From Eledone cirrhosa (taxonomy: Eukaryota), in contig OZ024740.1 in assembly GCA_964016885.1 (NCBI GenBank), forward strand, positions 374,108,001-374,172,000: a stretch of DNA of 64,000 nucleotides, given 5' to 3'. The notes beneath the pieces were generated by a model. That model was given only the letters and a program-made list of their open reading frames with translations. It was not told where the DNA came from and did no database searches. Every line of letters begins with the position of its first letter. The stretch's first letter is position 1. Both the position numbers and the translations under genes were made by a program. Positions 1 through 14,588 of this stretch are shown one piece after another.

Positions 1-78
1 ATATATACATATATTTTCACATACATATATTTGATTATCAGTCTATCCCTTTATCAAGCAGCCAAAATAAATCAATAA

Positions 79-293
79 TTGCATGCATTCATGTATGCAT
101 GTATCTATGCATGCATTCATGTGTGCATGTATCTATGCATGCATGTATGTATGTATGTACATATATACATACATATATACATACATACATACATATATAC
201 ATACATACATATATACATACATACATATATACATACATACATATATACATACATACATGTATGTATATATGTATGTATGTATATGTATATATG

Positions 294-325
<32 letters not shown>

Positions 326-442
326 TATGTATGTATATATATATATGTATGTATATATACATATGTATGTATGTATGCATGTATGTATGCATATATGTAT
401 GCATATATGTATGTATGTATGTATGTATATATGTATGTATAT
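79..442. repeat. (TACA)n/(TATG)n compound microsatellite
   Basis: Degenerate TACA/TATG/TA tandem units, directly visible. Confidence 0.9.
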
Positions 443-852
443 GGGAGAGATGACCCCTTAGCCTTTGTCAAGGCAGAATTCTAGGAGAAGGAAAACTCTG
501 ATATAACACCTGCAACTCTGATGGTATCCAATGATGTTGACGTGTTCTTCTTTTTGGTAAATATCATCTTGGTTAAGAGAGTGGGACTGGCTTTGTGCAG
601 TGCCTTTGCTCACTATAAAAGCTTCACGGCACAGGCATTGCTTTATATCTGGAGATCTCCCTGCATTTGTCGTCACATGATACCATGGGCCCAGCACTAA
701 GTGTCAATAATTGTCACAAGTGTAGTGTTTGTACCAGAGTTTTCAAGTCGCTGGCTGGACTAAAAAGTCACACTCGTTCAGCGCATCGGTAGGGGTTCTC
801 CTACATGGATATAAAGTAGTGGCCATACTCGAAAACGAGTTGGCAGCCACCA
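443..852 (+). mobile_element. 5'-truncated copy of non-autonomous RTE-type retroposon (family R)
   Basis: Near-identical to 15150-15559 and to the minus copy at 9616-10223; 721-792 translates [23 protein letters not shown], a C2H2 finger like RTE ORF C-termini; ends in TGTA repeats. Confidence 0.75.
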
Positions 853-878
853 TGTATGTATGTATATATGTATGCAAA

Positions 879-1166
879 CATCTTGGTTAAGAGAGTGGGA
901 CTGGCTTTGTGCAGTGCCTTTGCTCACTATAAAAGCTTCACAGCACAGGCATTGCTTTATATCTGGAGATCACTCTGCACTTCTCGTCACATGGTACCAT
1001 GGACCCAGCACTATGTGTCAATAATTGTCACAAGTGTAGTGTTTGTACCAGAGTTTTCAAGTCGCTGGCTGGACTAAAAAGTCACACTCGTTCAGCGCAT
1101 CAGTAGGGGTTCTCCTACATGGATATAAAGTAGTGGCCGTACTCGAAAACTAGTTGGCAGCCACCA
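879..1166 (+). mobile_element. Tandem 3' fragment of family R retroposon
   Basis: Repeats 565-852 after a short TGTA spacer. Confidence 0.8.
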
Positions 1167-1200
1167 TGCAAACATGTATATATGTATATTTGTTTATGTG

Positions 1201-1314
<114 letters not shown>

Positions 1315-1534
1315 ATCGTCGTTATATTTTTCAAATTCATTATCAAAGGATATAGTGCCGGTTTCTAACCAAGAAGCGGTGTTCTTCGAAAGGGATTTCG
1401 ATGAAGTTTTGAACTAATATATTTCTTGAGTGTACTACATGTTTGTTTGTTGGTTTCGTTTATTTTCACAGCAGTATGTATTGGAGGCAATACGAGCTCC
1501 CATATATATGTTTCTAAAAATCTAAAGTCTATCT

Positions 1535-1790
1535 CAAGCCAGAAGGCTCATTTGGCCGGTGCTTATCCCGGTTTCATGGCGTGAAGCGACTGATAGTACA
1601 AGACACCCCCTGGACAGGACGTCAGTCCATGGCAGGCTTACACCTCCAGCTATTGCTGGTACTCACTTTCAGCTGAGTATACTGGAACAACGTGAAATGA
1701 AATGTTTTGCTGAAGAACACAACAGGAAACCCAGCAATTGAGCCCCCGAAATTATGATCGTATGTCCAACACCTTTACCACTAGGCCATA
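1535..1790 (-). mobile_element. tRNA-derived SINE (family S2)
   Basis: Minus strand starts GTATGGCCTAGTGGTAAAGG (Pol III A box), followed by a degenerate B box and a SINE-like body. Confidence 0.65.
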
Positions 1791-3695
1791 CATGTATGCA
1801 TATGTATATAGATATATATGTGTATGTCTAGGCATCTATATAAATTTATTACATGTTCAACTTCTGGAATATTTTACATACTTTTGCATTTCCATTAATG
1901 GCTTGTACATGCAATTTCATAATTCGCCGTGTCGTATCTGGTTTCATGAATCAGATTTTCAATATTTGTGCCGAGGCAGTTAGTGACAAAACCAACTGCT
2001 CCAATAATTACAGTATTAAACCTAAAGCAAGAGATCGGCTGTAGTAACTTCCGATTCTTTGTTCGGCATAGATGTTTTGTTTTCCACTAATCTTTAGAGA
2101 TTTGCTACGTCTGCTAGGCAACTGACTTTTTACTACTCTGCACAATTATGTTGTCTGCCACTGATCAATCTGTTTGGTCTGTTACTACGGTCTTCATAGA
2201 AATATTCCAGCGGTATTATTTTGAACTGTTCTATCCTTCATATCACTGTAACTAATATCTTATCGACAGGACTATCCTTCATAAGATTTAACATGCAAAA
2301 TCTTCGATATGAACGGAAGAAAATAATGCGACAAAATTTATGGGCAACTACTTAATGTTCGTGGGGCATCCTCAATGATAATACCCATGTGTCTGCATCT
2401 GTTGTCGCACCCAGTTAGTTTAGATGCATAAGAATCCCTTTTGTTGATCTATTTCGTCGTTGTCTCTTTCTCAAGGCTGAGACGTATATTCTTCAAATTG
2501 TAAACTAAGTTACCGTTTGCTCGTTCAAGGTAGACAACATTGATTATTTTTTTACCAACTCTTTGAAACTTTCTAGCCACATATACATGCATGTTCTTGT
2601 GGTGATATCCATACATAGTTTCGTCCAATAAACTTCTGTGGAAATTCACTAGATGTGATTGCCTTTCTTTAATATATTGATGACTAAGGTTACACTCGTC
2701 CCATTTCAGAGTAACGCTATTGACAGTCGATTCCTAGTAGTTCATGACATGGTGTGTTGACGTTGATAAAGGCATGGCTTTCAAAGGCGAATGCGCACAC
2801 GTTATTTGTCCTATCTCATCTCCCGTTAACGAACTTCGCGTCTTGACCTAATTGTATTGACGTAAGATAATTTAGCTCGCACAAGTATTTGTTTATCCCA
2901 TACGTATATCCGACTGACTTGTTTTCCTTTTTAGCATTGCACATCAATCAAATCAATCATTGAACTCAACGAAAAATTCGCTTTATAATTACTCTTTCTT
3001 CAACAACGTCAACATAAAATATTACTCCTACCCTTCGTGATGATATTTTTCTTCGATTCTTTGGTGATGTCGTGTTAAACCATATTTTACGCTACAAATA
3101 TCTTCATGATGAATTCAAGTTTGAAAGGAATTTCTCTATAAACCTGAACAAAAGCTTTTCCTCTTTGAATGTGATCAGAAGAATAAACAGTTATTGACCA
3201 GGTCTGATAGTTGCAACATTAGTGTTCAAGACAATATTCTTTGCTAGATCGCTGAGTAGTTTTCCCCGCGTAACACACATTGTTCCTCTTCTTAGTTAAT
3301 TGCAATCAAAAGCCAGAATATAATGATGTACAAAATATTGATATACAATGAACATCTCTGTTCTAATCATCCGACAATGCGTTTGTTTACTGGACAATAC
3401 CTCAAGAAAATAAACACTCTTTCTGTATATTTTTTTTGCCACGGATGCAATTCGTTTTGGAAATTTCGAAATTTATTTATACATATCAAATTGTAAAAAC
3501 GAGAAAAAACACAGAACCATAACTATCGATGTACCTATTGTTATGCCCCATTTCATGAGAACTATGCCGTTTCCTCTTACTATATCATTTACATATGGTC
3601 GAATCTTAAGTCTCCTTCCAATTCATATTTTATTGGGGGTGATCCAGGGAAATTGATTTATGATCTGTTATAATCATATATATCTATACACCCAC

Positions 3696-3805
3696 CTCTC
3701 TCTCTCTCTCTCACTCTTTCTCTATCTCTCCCTCTATATATATAGAGAGAGAGAAAGACAGAGACAGAGAGAAAAAGAAAGATATAAGGAGAGAGAGAGA
3801 GAGTG
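3696..3805. repeat. (CT)n-(TA)-(AG)n self-complementary microsatellite
   Basis: CT tract followed by AG tract. Confidence 0.8.
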
Positions 3806-4799
3806 GGATACATGTTATAATTATTTGCTATTCTAACCCCAATTACTCAACAATAAATATTCATAAAACTATTACTAGTATAGGACCCCACTGCTAAATG
3901 TGTATACTTCTGTTTCCTTAATGAATATATATTACATTAAAAGTAGTTTCATATTAGAAACAACAGTGAACCTAATATAATTACGTCGATGATATAGTAC
4001 TGATTTTCTTCATTATTTGTAATTTCGTTCATATATGCTTTATTAAATCAGTCAAAATTATGTCGTTTTCGACTAAATCGATGACAGATTTAGCATTGTG
4101 AAAATACAAAATAATCACATAGTTTTATGAACGGAATGTTATATGAGGACAGATATAGAGCTAGCATGGTCAATTCTCAGCATCTACATTCCGGACCCGA
4201 TGACGAGAGTGTCTCCTAGATTAACTTCAACACTTGTCGTTTGTTTCACTGCTTTTATTGAAGTAATTTCTCTTTCAGTGTGTTGATTGTAGGTAATTAC
4301 ATCACTTCGTAATTTCATCTTATGGCAATTTAAATCGCACTCCAACACATTGTCGGTAAATTCATCGTATGCACTTTGAACGCATAGTACATAAATCCCT
4401 TGATATATGTCACATTAACTCAACAAAAAAAGAAAATCATGGATATCTTACGTCAAATGTACTGAACAAATATATCCTAGTTACTTTTTAAATTAGAATA
4501 AATACCATAGACTAAAAACATATCTATTTTATATTGAAGAATAAAAACTATTTTAAATAGACAAATTATAAGAATACACTTTTTTAATATGCAGTATTCC
4601 GTAATTTTGATATTCGTTGAATATATGTTTAATTCACGACAGATTCTCTATATGCTTTACGATGTAGAATTTTTTAGATTATTGGGTGTAAAGTTTTCAG
4701 GATTCCTAAAAAATCTAAGATTGTAAGTTGGAAGTTTTTGTCATTAAAGTGTGATTTCCATTGCAGATCAAATTGAACGTATTTATTTAGTTAAATAAT

Positions 4800-4984
4800 T
4801 GTTTCTAATTTAGGCACAAGGCCAGCAATTACCCAGTGCATTACTGGTACTTTATTTTATCGACCCCGTAAGGATGAAAGGCAAAGTCAACCTCGGCGGG
4901 ATTTGAACTCAGATCGTAAAGGGACGTAACTGTGCTGGAAAGCATGGCGTCCGACCCTCTACCGATACTGCCAATCCACCGCCC
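4800..4984 (-). mobile_element. Full-length tRNA-derived SINE (family S1) with 18-bp TSD
   Basis: A box TGGCAGTATCGG and B box GAGTTCAAATCC on minus; TTTATTTAGTTAAATAAT duplicated at 4782-4799 and 4985-5002; many copies in the window. Confidence 0.9.
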
Positions 4985-6332
4985 TTTATTTAGTTAAATA
5001 ATGTTTGATGGTACGTTTACTCTACGGGTCATAAACCATAATGACAAATGTAATGGACATGTATGGTTTCGCTAACTACTTACATTATATTAACTACTTA
5101 TATTACAAGTGATGTATTTATTATTGTAATCACTCGTGAAAAATATATAGAAACCTATCGATACATTTCCCTAGTTAGGCGTTAGATTCTCCCTTCTATC
5201 CACCAGCCCGTTTAAAAGTCCTTAATGTTATGAGTTCTTCATTGGTTTAACCACAACCGGTTTTCTGTCACAATAGGTCTCACATCATATGTTTCAATGA
5301 GCTACAGAGTACGAAACATTTAAAGGATCCTAGTACCATATAGAAAGGAATTTTATTTTTAATTATCTTCCAATAAAATACAATGGATTGGCAGTATCGT
5401 TGCAGCATCGGAAGAAATACCTTAGTTTATTCTATTCAGATCTTCTCCCTACTAAGATCAAATCTCACCTACATCATATTTGCCTTACAGCCTCACGTGT
5501 TCCCCTCCTTCAAAATGACAGGCTCTATTCTATAAACCATTAGACGTCAGTTAATTTGTATGTATATTCATTGGAAGTTAAAACACTATAATTTGTTTGT
5601 CTCTTTATATCGAGACAATTAAAAACAAATAGTTCATAGTGTTCTTAAAAAATGTCTAAAAACGACTGAGGGGAGATGCCTCAGATTGAATGTGTAAATA
5701 CTGAATATTTAGAACAATGTGGGAGAAATATATTCAATCATGTGTAATATTGTGAATTTTATTTACAGGGTTTATATATATATATATTTCATGAGATTCT
5801 ATATATATATATATTCTTCCTTTTGTAGATTCACGTTCATATATATAAAACGTGTTTCTATTCATATTTCCGATAAATGTATTTATTATATTTCTAAGAC
5901 GTCAACTTAACTCTTCTAATTACCAAATCCATTGTATCCCTATTTATGAGATAACAGTTACATCATGAATGGAAGATGCTCGCCTTTATACATTATGTTG
6001 CTATCATTTTAGGCGAAATGTTGGCTACATTATGTTCATGGAAGTTTATTTTGTAAGAAGCAATCCATATGTTAATACTTGCAAAAGTATTTCGCTAAAA
6101 CAGGCACAGATTCACATATTGGAATCTACATCTGTATAATCATTTAAACAAACGAGGTTTTGATTATAAACTCTTGCACTAGACAAGGGGAAGTGTAGCT
6201 GCCTTAGGTAACCACTGTTGGAAGCACAATTCTGTTAATAGCCAGTAGAGAGGTATTGAATGCGTGCCTGCATACATGTTTATACACTCAAATATATGTG
6301 AAGATATTTTTATGAATATGCACACACACACA

Positions 6333-6423
<91 letters not shown>

Positions 6424-6453
6424 TAATTTATACACACACACACATATATATAC

Positions 6454-6490
<37 letters not shown>

Positions 6491-6859
6491 ATGTAAAACG
6501 AAAAATCAGTGATGCATCTGAACTTAATTTATTGTGTGTTACAATTGTTTCGCCGGCAGACAGCTCGAGACACGATCATTGTATGGATCTGTCTGATTCT
6601 GGACCTGCAGGTTCGTCGGCCACTTGCAATAATTTCGGATCGAATTTTCTCACTGGGATGTTAACGTCAAAAAACATTCTTCCTCGCTTGTCCTTCTGTT
6701 GGCTGTGGTTTTTCTACGTCATTATAAATTCTGGCCAATAGTTGCTGTCACACTGGTCATCATCTGTCCATCCGCCTGACACACTTCAATTAATCCATGC
6801 TGGGTTTGGTATTTCACAAGACCACTCGCGCACTCACACACACACACACACACAGATAT

Positions 6860-8290
6860 ATATATATATATATATACACACACTCACATACACACACACA
6901 CGCAGACAACCATATAAATAACAACATACGCGTCCACAGACGCCTGCCTACATGCCCACGTTCCATCAGCTCTCACGCACATATACACGCACACACACAC
7001 ACGCAGACGCATATATGCGCACACACATGTGTATGCGTATATCTACTCGTATACACAAACACGTACATACATATACATAGACACGCACATACTCACACGT
7101 GTCCGTATATACAGGCAAAAAGACAGACTCGCTCCCAATCACACATATATATGTATATGTACACACAAACAATCCCTTACCCTACAGTAGGTGCACGTAC
7201 ACACACACACTGGCTCATATACACTCAAACAAATACGCGCCTATTACCTACATGCCCACGTACATCTACAAAGATACATACATACATATATCTATCTGTA
7301 CTCAAATATGATATACACACAATCATATAAATCTACAGAGTGGGTCATCCATGAAAGGATGCATCTTGTTATACACATGCACAAATATAAACAATGTAAC
7401 CGAATATATACATTCATACACATACATGCATGTACACATACACACATATAACTAAATAAATAAGTAAATAAAAAAATAAATAGATGTATATATACATATA
7501 CATATATATAAATACACACACATACACACGCATATATATATAGAAAAAAACCTACAATATAATAAAATATACATATAACGTCATACATTAAAAGATGCAT
7601 CTTGTGCTAAACATGCACAAATATAAACAGTATATTGATATACATACACTCCTACATATTCACATAACATATACATATCTCTCTCTCTACATACACACAC
7701 ATATAAATATTCACATACGTATACATATATACACACATATAAACAAAATAAAATAAATATGCGATATGTTAAAATATGCATATAACGTCACATAGATAGA
7801 TATATACAAAAAAAGAGAGAAGAAATAAGATTGACTCTGTGAATATATGATGTTTGAGTACGGACACATATATGTACGTATGTATCTTTGTAGATGTACT
7901 CGGGCATGTAGGTAATAGGCGCGTATTTGTTTGAGTGTATATGAGCCAGTGTGTGTGTGTGTATGTGTGTGTGCACCTACTGTAGGGCAAGGGGTTGTTT
8001 GTGTGTACATTTATGTGTATGTACATATACATATATATGTGTGTGATTGGAAGCGAGTCTGTCTGCCTGTACATACGGACACGTGTGAGTATGTGCGTGT
8101 CTATATATATGTCTGTACGTGTTTGTGTATACGAGTAGATATACGCGTATGCATGTAGGTGCGTGCGTGTGTGTGTGTGTGCGTGTGTATGTGCGTGAGA
8201 GCTGATGTACGTGAGCATGTAGGCAGGCCTCTATGGACGCGTATGTTGTTATTTATATGGTTGAGTGCGTATGTGTGTGTATATATATAT
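6860..8290. repeat. Inverted duplication, arms ~6860-7330 and ~7840-8290
   Basis: AACCATATAAATAACAACATACGCGTCC...CTATTACCTACATGCCC is present on + and as reverse complement. Confidence 0.85.
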
Positions 8291-8339
8291 ACATACATAC
8301 GTATATATATATATTTATATATATATATATATAATGCAA

Positions 8340-8520
8340 AATATTAACAGGAACAAAACAGACAGGCAGTCCAACGAATGTTTATTAATTTCACGCTCTT
8401 GAGAGTGGGATGGTGGTGGGGAATGACGTTTCGGGCATAAGCCCTTCTTCAGGTGAAAAGTGTGTGGGAAGAGAGTTCAAAGGGTGTGTAGGGCAGTGTT
8501 GGAGAAACATATAGCAAAAA
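8340..8520 (-). mobile_element. Penelope-like pLTR fragment with hammerhead core
   Basis: Minus: CTGAAGA-A-GGGC-TTAT-GCCC-GAAACGTC, then AATAAA, ending in a TA tract. Confidence 0.65.
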
Positions 8521-8592
8521 GGGGGTGGGAGGAAACGGTGGAAATAAAAATAAAAATAAAAATAAAAGCATGATCAAAATAAAATTAAACTG

Positions 8593-8633
<41 letters not shown>

Positions 8634-8749
8634 GCATATATACACATATACATACACAGAGACACATATCACACATACACACATATATATATATATATAC
8701 ATATCCATAAATAAATACACCAACACTTATATATATTTATATATATAAT

Positions 8750-8865
8750 ATATTTATTAAAATAACAGATTAAAGTTTAAGCAAAGAATCGCTGTTTTCA
8801 CCCTAACGGGATCTTCTGAAACTAACAAGCCCTCTCTGGATTTTAGTCTTCAAATTTATTATTAT

Positions 8866-8870
<5 letters not shown>
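8750..8870. mobile_element. Solo Naiad/Penelope pLTR piece with inverted end
   Basis: Matches 37610-37690, plus the reverse complement of 37525-37562. Confidence 0.75.
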
Positions 8871-8927
<57 letters not shown>

Positions 8928-8951
8928 GTGTAGGAGGTGAGTTTTTGATCT

Positions 8952-9137
<186 letters not shown>

Positions 9138-9138
9138 G

Positions 9139-9274
<136 letters not shown>

Positions 9275-9376
9275 TAAGATGTATGGTAGGTCGTATGTGA
9301 ATCGAGATGATCACGTCTGACTTACCAAATATGTGACGGTAGCTAGTTAAGCTCTATGCGTATACGCAGAGCAGAA

Positions 9377-9541
9377 ATATTAGTGAAAAAGAACAAAGGA
9401 ACTATTATGACATTATAACAAGTTTATTGCCGACAGCCGTTTCGTCGGACCCCCTTGATAAGTCACACCATGGTGTCGGACGAAACGGCTGTCGGCAATA
9501 AACTTGTTATAATGTCATAATAGTTCCTTTGTTCTTTTTCA

Positions 9542-9548
<7 letters not shown>
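9377..9548. repeat. 70-bp-arm inverted repeat (Penelope-like fold-back) with hammerhead core
   Basis: Arms 9377-9446 and 9479-9548 are reverse complements; abuts (TA)n. Confidence 0.9.
9453..9495 (+). ncRNA. Candidate minimal type-I hammerhead ribozyme, U3-A8 variant
   Basis: TTGATAA-GTC[ACACCATGGTGTCG]GAC-GAAA-CGGCTG-TC; stem I only 2 bp. Confidence 0.55.
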
Positions 9549-9609
<61 letters not shown>

Positions 9610-9615
9610 TACACA

Positions 9616-10223
9616 TGGTGGCTGCCAACTCGTTTTCGAGTAAGGCCACTACTTTATATCCATGTAGGAGAACCCCTACCGATGCGCTGAACGAGTGTGA
9701 CTTTTAGTCCACCCAGCGACTTGAAAACTCTGGTACAAACACTACACTTGTGACAATCATTGACACATAGTGCTGGGCACATGGTAAAATGTGTCGACAA
9801 GTGCAGAGAGATCTCCAGATATAAGGCAATGTCTGTGCTGTGAAGCTTTCATAGTGAGCAAGGCACTGCACAAAGCCAGTCCCACTCTCTTAACCAAGAT
9901 GATATTTACCGAAAAGAAGAACAAGTCAACATCATTGGATACCATCAGAGTTGCAGGTGTTATATCAGAGTTTTCCTTCTCCTAGAATTCTGCCTTGACA
10001 AAGGATAAGGGTTCATCTCTCCCGGTGATTTTGGATGGCCATTGACTCTTAAGAGTTCCTTTGCCCTTTGACAAGTTTTGTTTTTATTCCTGCAGGATGT
10101 CCAAAGTCACCCTCCTCACCAAGAAACCTTGGTGGGGTTGCCAGTTTAGTCGCCAACGACCCGACCATGGGACAGGTTGTACTGGGTTACATATTACCAG
10201 TAGCACCAACTGGTGACCTGGAT
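9616..10223 (-). mobile_element. Full-length family R non-autonomous RTE-type retroposon
   Basis: Reverse complement of 14962-15559 plus a few extra 5' bases; flanked by TA/TACA repeats. Confidence 0.8.
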
Positions 10224-10312
10224 ACATACACATACATACATACATACAGACACACACACACACACGCATAAATACATATATATATATATATATACATACA
10301 TGCATACGTACT

Positions 10313-10374
<62 letters not shown>

Positions 10375-10376
<2 letters not shown>

Positions 10377-10525
10377 GGTTTCTACTTTATGCACAAGGCC
10401 AGCAATTACCAAGTGCATTACTGGTACTTTATTTTATCGACCACGTAAGGATGAAAGGTAAAGTCAACCTCGGCGGGATTTGAACTCCGATCGTAAAGGG
10501 ACGTAACTATGCTGGAAAGCATGGC
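10375..10525 (-). mobile_element. S1 SINE, 5'-truncated
   Basis: Matches 4800-4948. Confidence 0.85.
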
Positions 10526-11354
10526 ATTATACATATATAAATAAGAATATATATATAATTGCGAGATAACTTGATAGATATATAGAGACAGAGAGAGAGG
10601 AAAGGGAGAACGGGTGTTGGAGTAGAACGCATGATTAGACGAAAAGAGAAATTTACCTCATGGATAAAAAAGGCCACGATAGCAATGGGTTTTACACTAT
10701 ATAGAAGCGTGGCTGGAGTATCCTTGATCAGAGTCATCCCAGAAATTATATCTATTAAACTGTAAAGGAATGTCTAGCATTATATTATTCTTGTGCCTAA
10801 AGTAGAAACAATTATATTAATCAGTGTCTCTTTATGGCAAGAGAGTGGATATTGAAACTCTTTCTAACGGGTACAACGGCCATGTAAATGATCCAGCTTC
10901 GTATGTATGTATATCTATATATATATATATATATATAGTTGTTATATAGTAAGGTGTATTATTGGTTGTGTCATACGGTCCAATACATTTTGGGTTAACA
11001 ATATTATGTTCTCCGCGCTTTTGTATATCTCAAATTCCATTTATGGGAACAGATAGATGATGTAAAACACAGTATTTGTATCAAAATAAAGATCCTAAGG
11101 CATTATATAAATTTACAATCATTTTAATCACGACACAGGTTTCAATAAGAGATAGATCGATCGTGTAGCCATGATCGATTATCACTGATTTCGTCAAGTG
11201 AAAATGAATTGTCTTCAAATCCTTGATATGAGGCAGAACATTAACGATGTTCACTCACAGAGTTTAGTCAGTCATATGAAGATCAAGCACTCAAAACACG
11301 GACACTGCTATCGTTCCCAGAAGTCTCTATCTCCCGATAGCTGTAAAAGACGCT

Positions 11355-11545
11355 GGACATCAATCAAATCTGTAGAATTACAGTCGGTCACAGTTAATGT
11401 CAGTGGGTACACACACACTCACACACACACCGACGCGAGGTCAAGGAAAAAATATATATACCAACATGGCATCAAATCTGTAGAACTACGGACGATCACG
11501 GTTAGTGTGAGTGAGGATACACACACTCACACACACACCGACATG
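11355..11545 (+). repeat. Local direct duplication (~75 bp x2)
   Basis: ATCAAATCTGTAGAA...CACACACTCACACACACACCGAC occurs twice. Confidence 0.75.
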
Positions 11546-11804
11546 TATTTTCTACACCATCTTTATTAAATAAAGATGGCGTAGAAAATACAATGCAACG
11601 GGAGGAAACAATAGCACCATTGACGAGGTTGAAGATGTGCAACGAAAGAACTTTGATAAACTATGTATATGTGTTTCTGTCTATATTGTATCTGTATTTT
11701 TGACCGTTGGTCAGTCAATGGCAACATTGAGGACCGAATAAATTAAATTAATCGATACAAAAGACACAGAAGCGAAAAGCGAAAACAAACCAAACAGTGA
11801 GTGT

Positions 11805-11856
11805 GTTCTGTTATTAATTCTGGCAATATTACACAAATATGACCCTCCCCAAGTAT

Positions 11857-11862
<6 letters not shown>
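11805..11862 (+). repeat. Interspersed repeat terminus; second copy on minus at ~23378-23430
   Basis: TTAATTCTGGCAATATTAC..AAATATGACCCTCCCCAA.TATAACAAT next to (TA)n at both sites. Confidence 0.7.
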
Positions 11863-11929
<67 letters not shown>

Positions 11930-12135
11930 TATATGTATATATATATATGTATACATTTATATATATATATATACGTATATATATATATATATATAAATAT
12001 ATATATATGTGTGTGTATGTATGTATCTTTTCATCTATCCGTGTATATATGTATGTGTTTATGTATGTATGTGTTTATAAGCAGAAATATACGTACATAT
12101 GCATGAATGTCCCCAACCATACATGTATGTATATA

Positions 12136-12246
<111 letters not shown>

Positions 12247-12357
12247 TTGTATGTATATTTTTATCTATTCATGTATATATGTATGTGTTTATGTATGTAT
12301 GTGTTTATAAGCATGAATATACGTACAAATGCATGTATGCATGCATGTCCACAACTA

Positions 12358-12422
<65 letters not shown>

Positions 12423-12613
12423 ATTTACCGAGAATTGCATTTCGGCGGGTAGAATTTAGCATAACGCAACTTCCATATTGTGTAGACAAGCGCTCCATGG
12501 ATATGAAGATACCAGAGCTATAAACATAAGTTAAAAAGTTCATACAAACTGAGACGATGGTTAAGAAGAGCCAAATAAGCGAACAAGCTAAACGGGTCAA
12601 ACAAAATAAGATA

Positions 12614-12714
<101 letters not shown>

Positions 12715-12964
12715 GAGAGATGTGTGTGCGTATATGTATGTATGTATGTATATGCGTGTGTATGTTTGTGTAGACCAACTCAGGAGAAACAAAGGACATC
12801 GAATAAAGTTTCTTTTTCTTTTTTGTGAGGCGAGCGACTCCTACTCTTCATTAAGACATATCTCTAGAAGGAAGTCGCTCTAGTATAACATCTGTGATTT
12901 CTTTTGCATCCAATGATATAGACAATTCTACTTTTCGGGTAAATACATTCGATGTCCACAGAGC

Positions 12965-13143
12965 GAGATTGGTCCTATGCAAAGCCTTTCCCCACAGGTT
13001 TCAAGCACAGGCAATGCTTGATATGTGCCGTTTTTTTGTAATGCATGTCATGGTAAGTCACTAGCTGGACTAAAAATCTACGTCCACGATAGACATGATT
13101 AAGTACCATGCGATGGCATTACTCGAAATCGAGTTTCAGCCAT
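12965..13143 (+). mobile_element. Diverged, deleted family R fragment
   Basis: GCACAGGCAATGCTT, CTGGACTAAAAA and TACTCGAAATCGAGTT..CAGCCATCA match the family R 3' part. Confidence 0.55.
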
Positions 13144-13267
13144 CATGTATGTATGTAAATATGTATGTTCCTTTGCTTTCCCCCATATATATAGACATGT
13201 ATATGGGGTTGTGGGTATGCGTGTGTGTGTATGCGTGTGTAAATATGTACAGACTCACATACACACA

Positions 13268-13321
<54 letters not shown>

Positions 13322-13901
13322 GGTGTGGGTGTGGGTGTATATATATGACTTCTATGGAAATAGAATTGTTTCATTCGCAAGAAACGTACATTACATTGCA
13401 GATTATTTATAAGGAATGTAATAGTTCTTGTCTTGTAGAAATCCTTGTTGTCGTGGCGTGGTGAAATACGTCGTTTCATGTGTATTTAAAAATATTGACC
13501 CTCATTGAGCCGATCCACGTCTAAGCAAACCAGATTTATTCTAGCGAATGATACAGAGTGAGAGAAAACAAATGATAAAGAGATATGTAGTATGTATCGA
13601 CCGCGCTCCTAGACTGTTCCTCTTTTTATCGACTTCGAAATCATGAAATGCAATCTTATCCTTAGAGAGCAAAAAGCTCGAATGAACAAAGAAAAGCATT
13701 TTAACCAGCTTACTGACGACTCTGCCAATTAGCCTTATGTGTGTATGCCTGTGTCTGTATGTGACTGGAGTGCTCTGACCGGGGAGACCACTTTGTCGCC
13801 GTAGTAGGGTCACCCCTCTCCCGCTGTCGCTCTCTCTCTCTATATATCTCTATCTCTCTCTCTCTCTTTATATATCCCTCTCTTTCTTTCTTTCTTTCTC
13901 C

Positions 13902-13949
<48 letters not shown>

Positions 13950-13953
<4 letters not shown>

Positions 13954-14275
13954 GTAACAGATTAAAGTTTAGGCAAAGAATCGCTGCTTTCACCCTTAAC
14001 GGGATTTTCTGAAACTAGCAAAGACAATCTGTGAAAGCAGAAGTGAATATTTCAAATACGTTGCAACCGGAGGAAGACAGGAAGACGATACTTTGGTTCG
14101 TGGAAACGTTCCCTGGCAAAGATCGCGAAAAAACGAATAAAATACGTCATTATTTGGAACGGGGAAAAACAATTACACGCAAAGACAGAACCAGGTTTAT
14201 GGCATAAAAGCGGTCGTAGACTAACATTCTAACTAGGAAACCGAATGATTCTCGGATTCAGAGTTAAGAATAATT
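13950..14275 (-). mobile_element. Naiad/Penelope 3'UTR-pLTR fragment
   Basis: Colinear with 37617-38075; lies between TA tracts. Confidence 0.75.
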
Positions 14276-14293
14276 ACTATATATATATATTAT

Positions 14294-14391
<98 letters not shown>

Positions 14392-14438
14392 ATATATATA
14401 TATACATATATTCATATATACATATATATATATATAAT

Positions 14439-14588
<150 letters not shown>

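Noticed and set aside
721-792. C2H2 zinc finger as a host gene exon
   Set aside because: Lies within a multi-copy retroposon 3' end
1850-3450. Possible host exons or decayed transposase in non-repetitive sequence
   Set aside because: Only short ORFs, with no recognisable motif
4800-4984. tRNA gene
   Set aside because: A/B boxes belong to a SINE with tail and TSD; no cloverleaf
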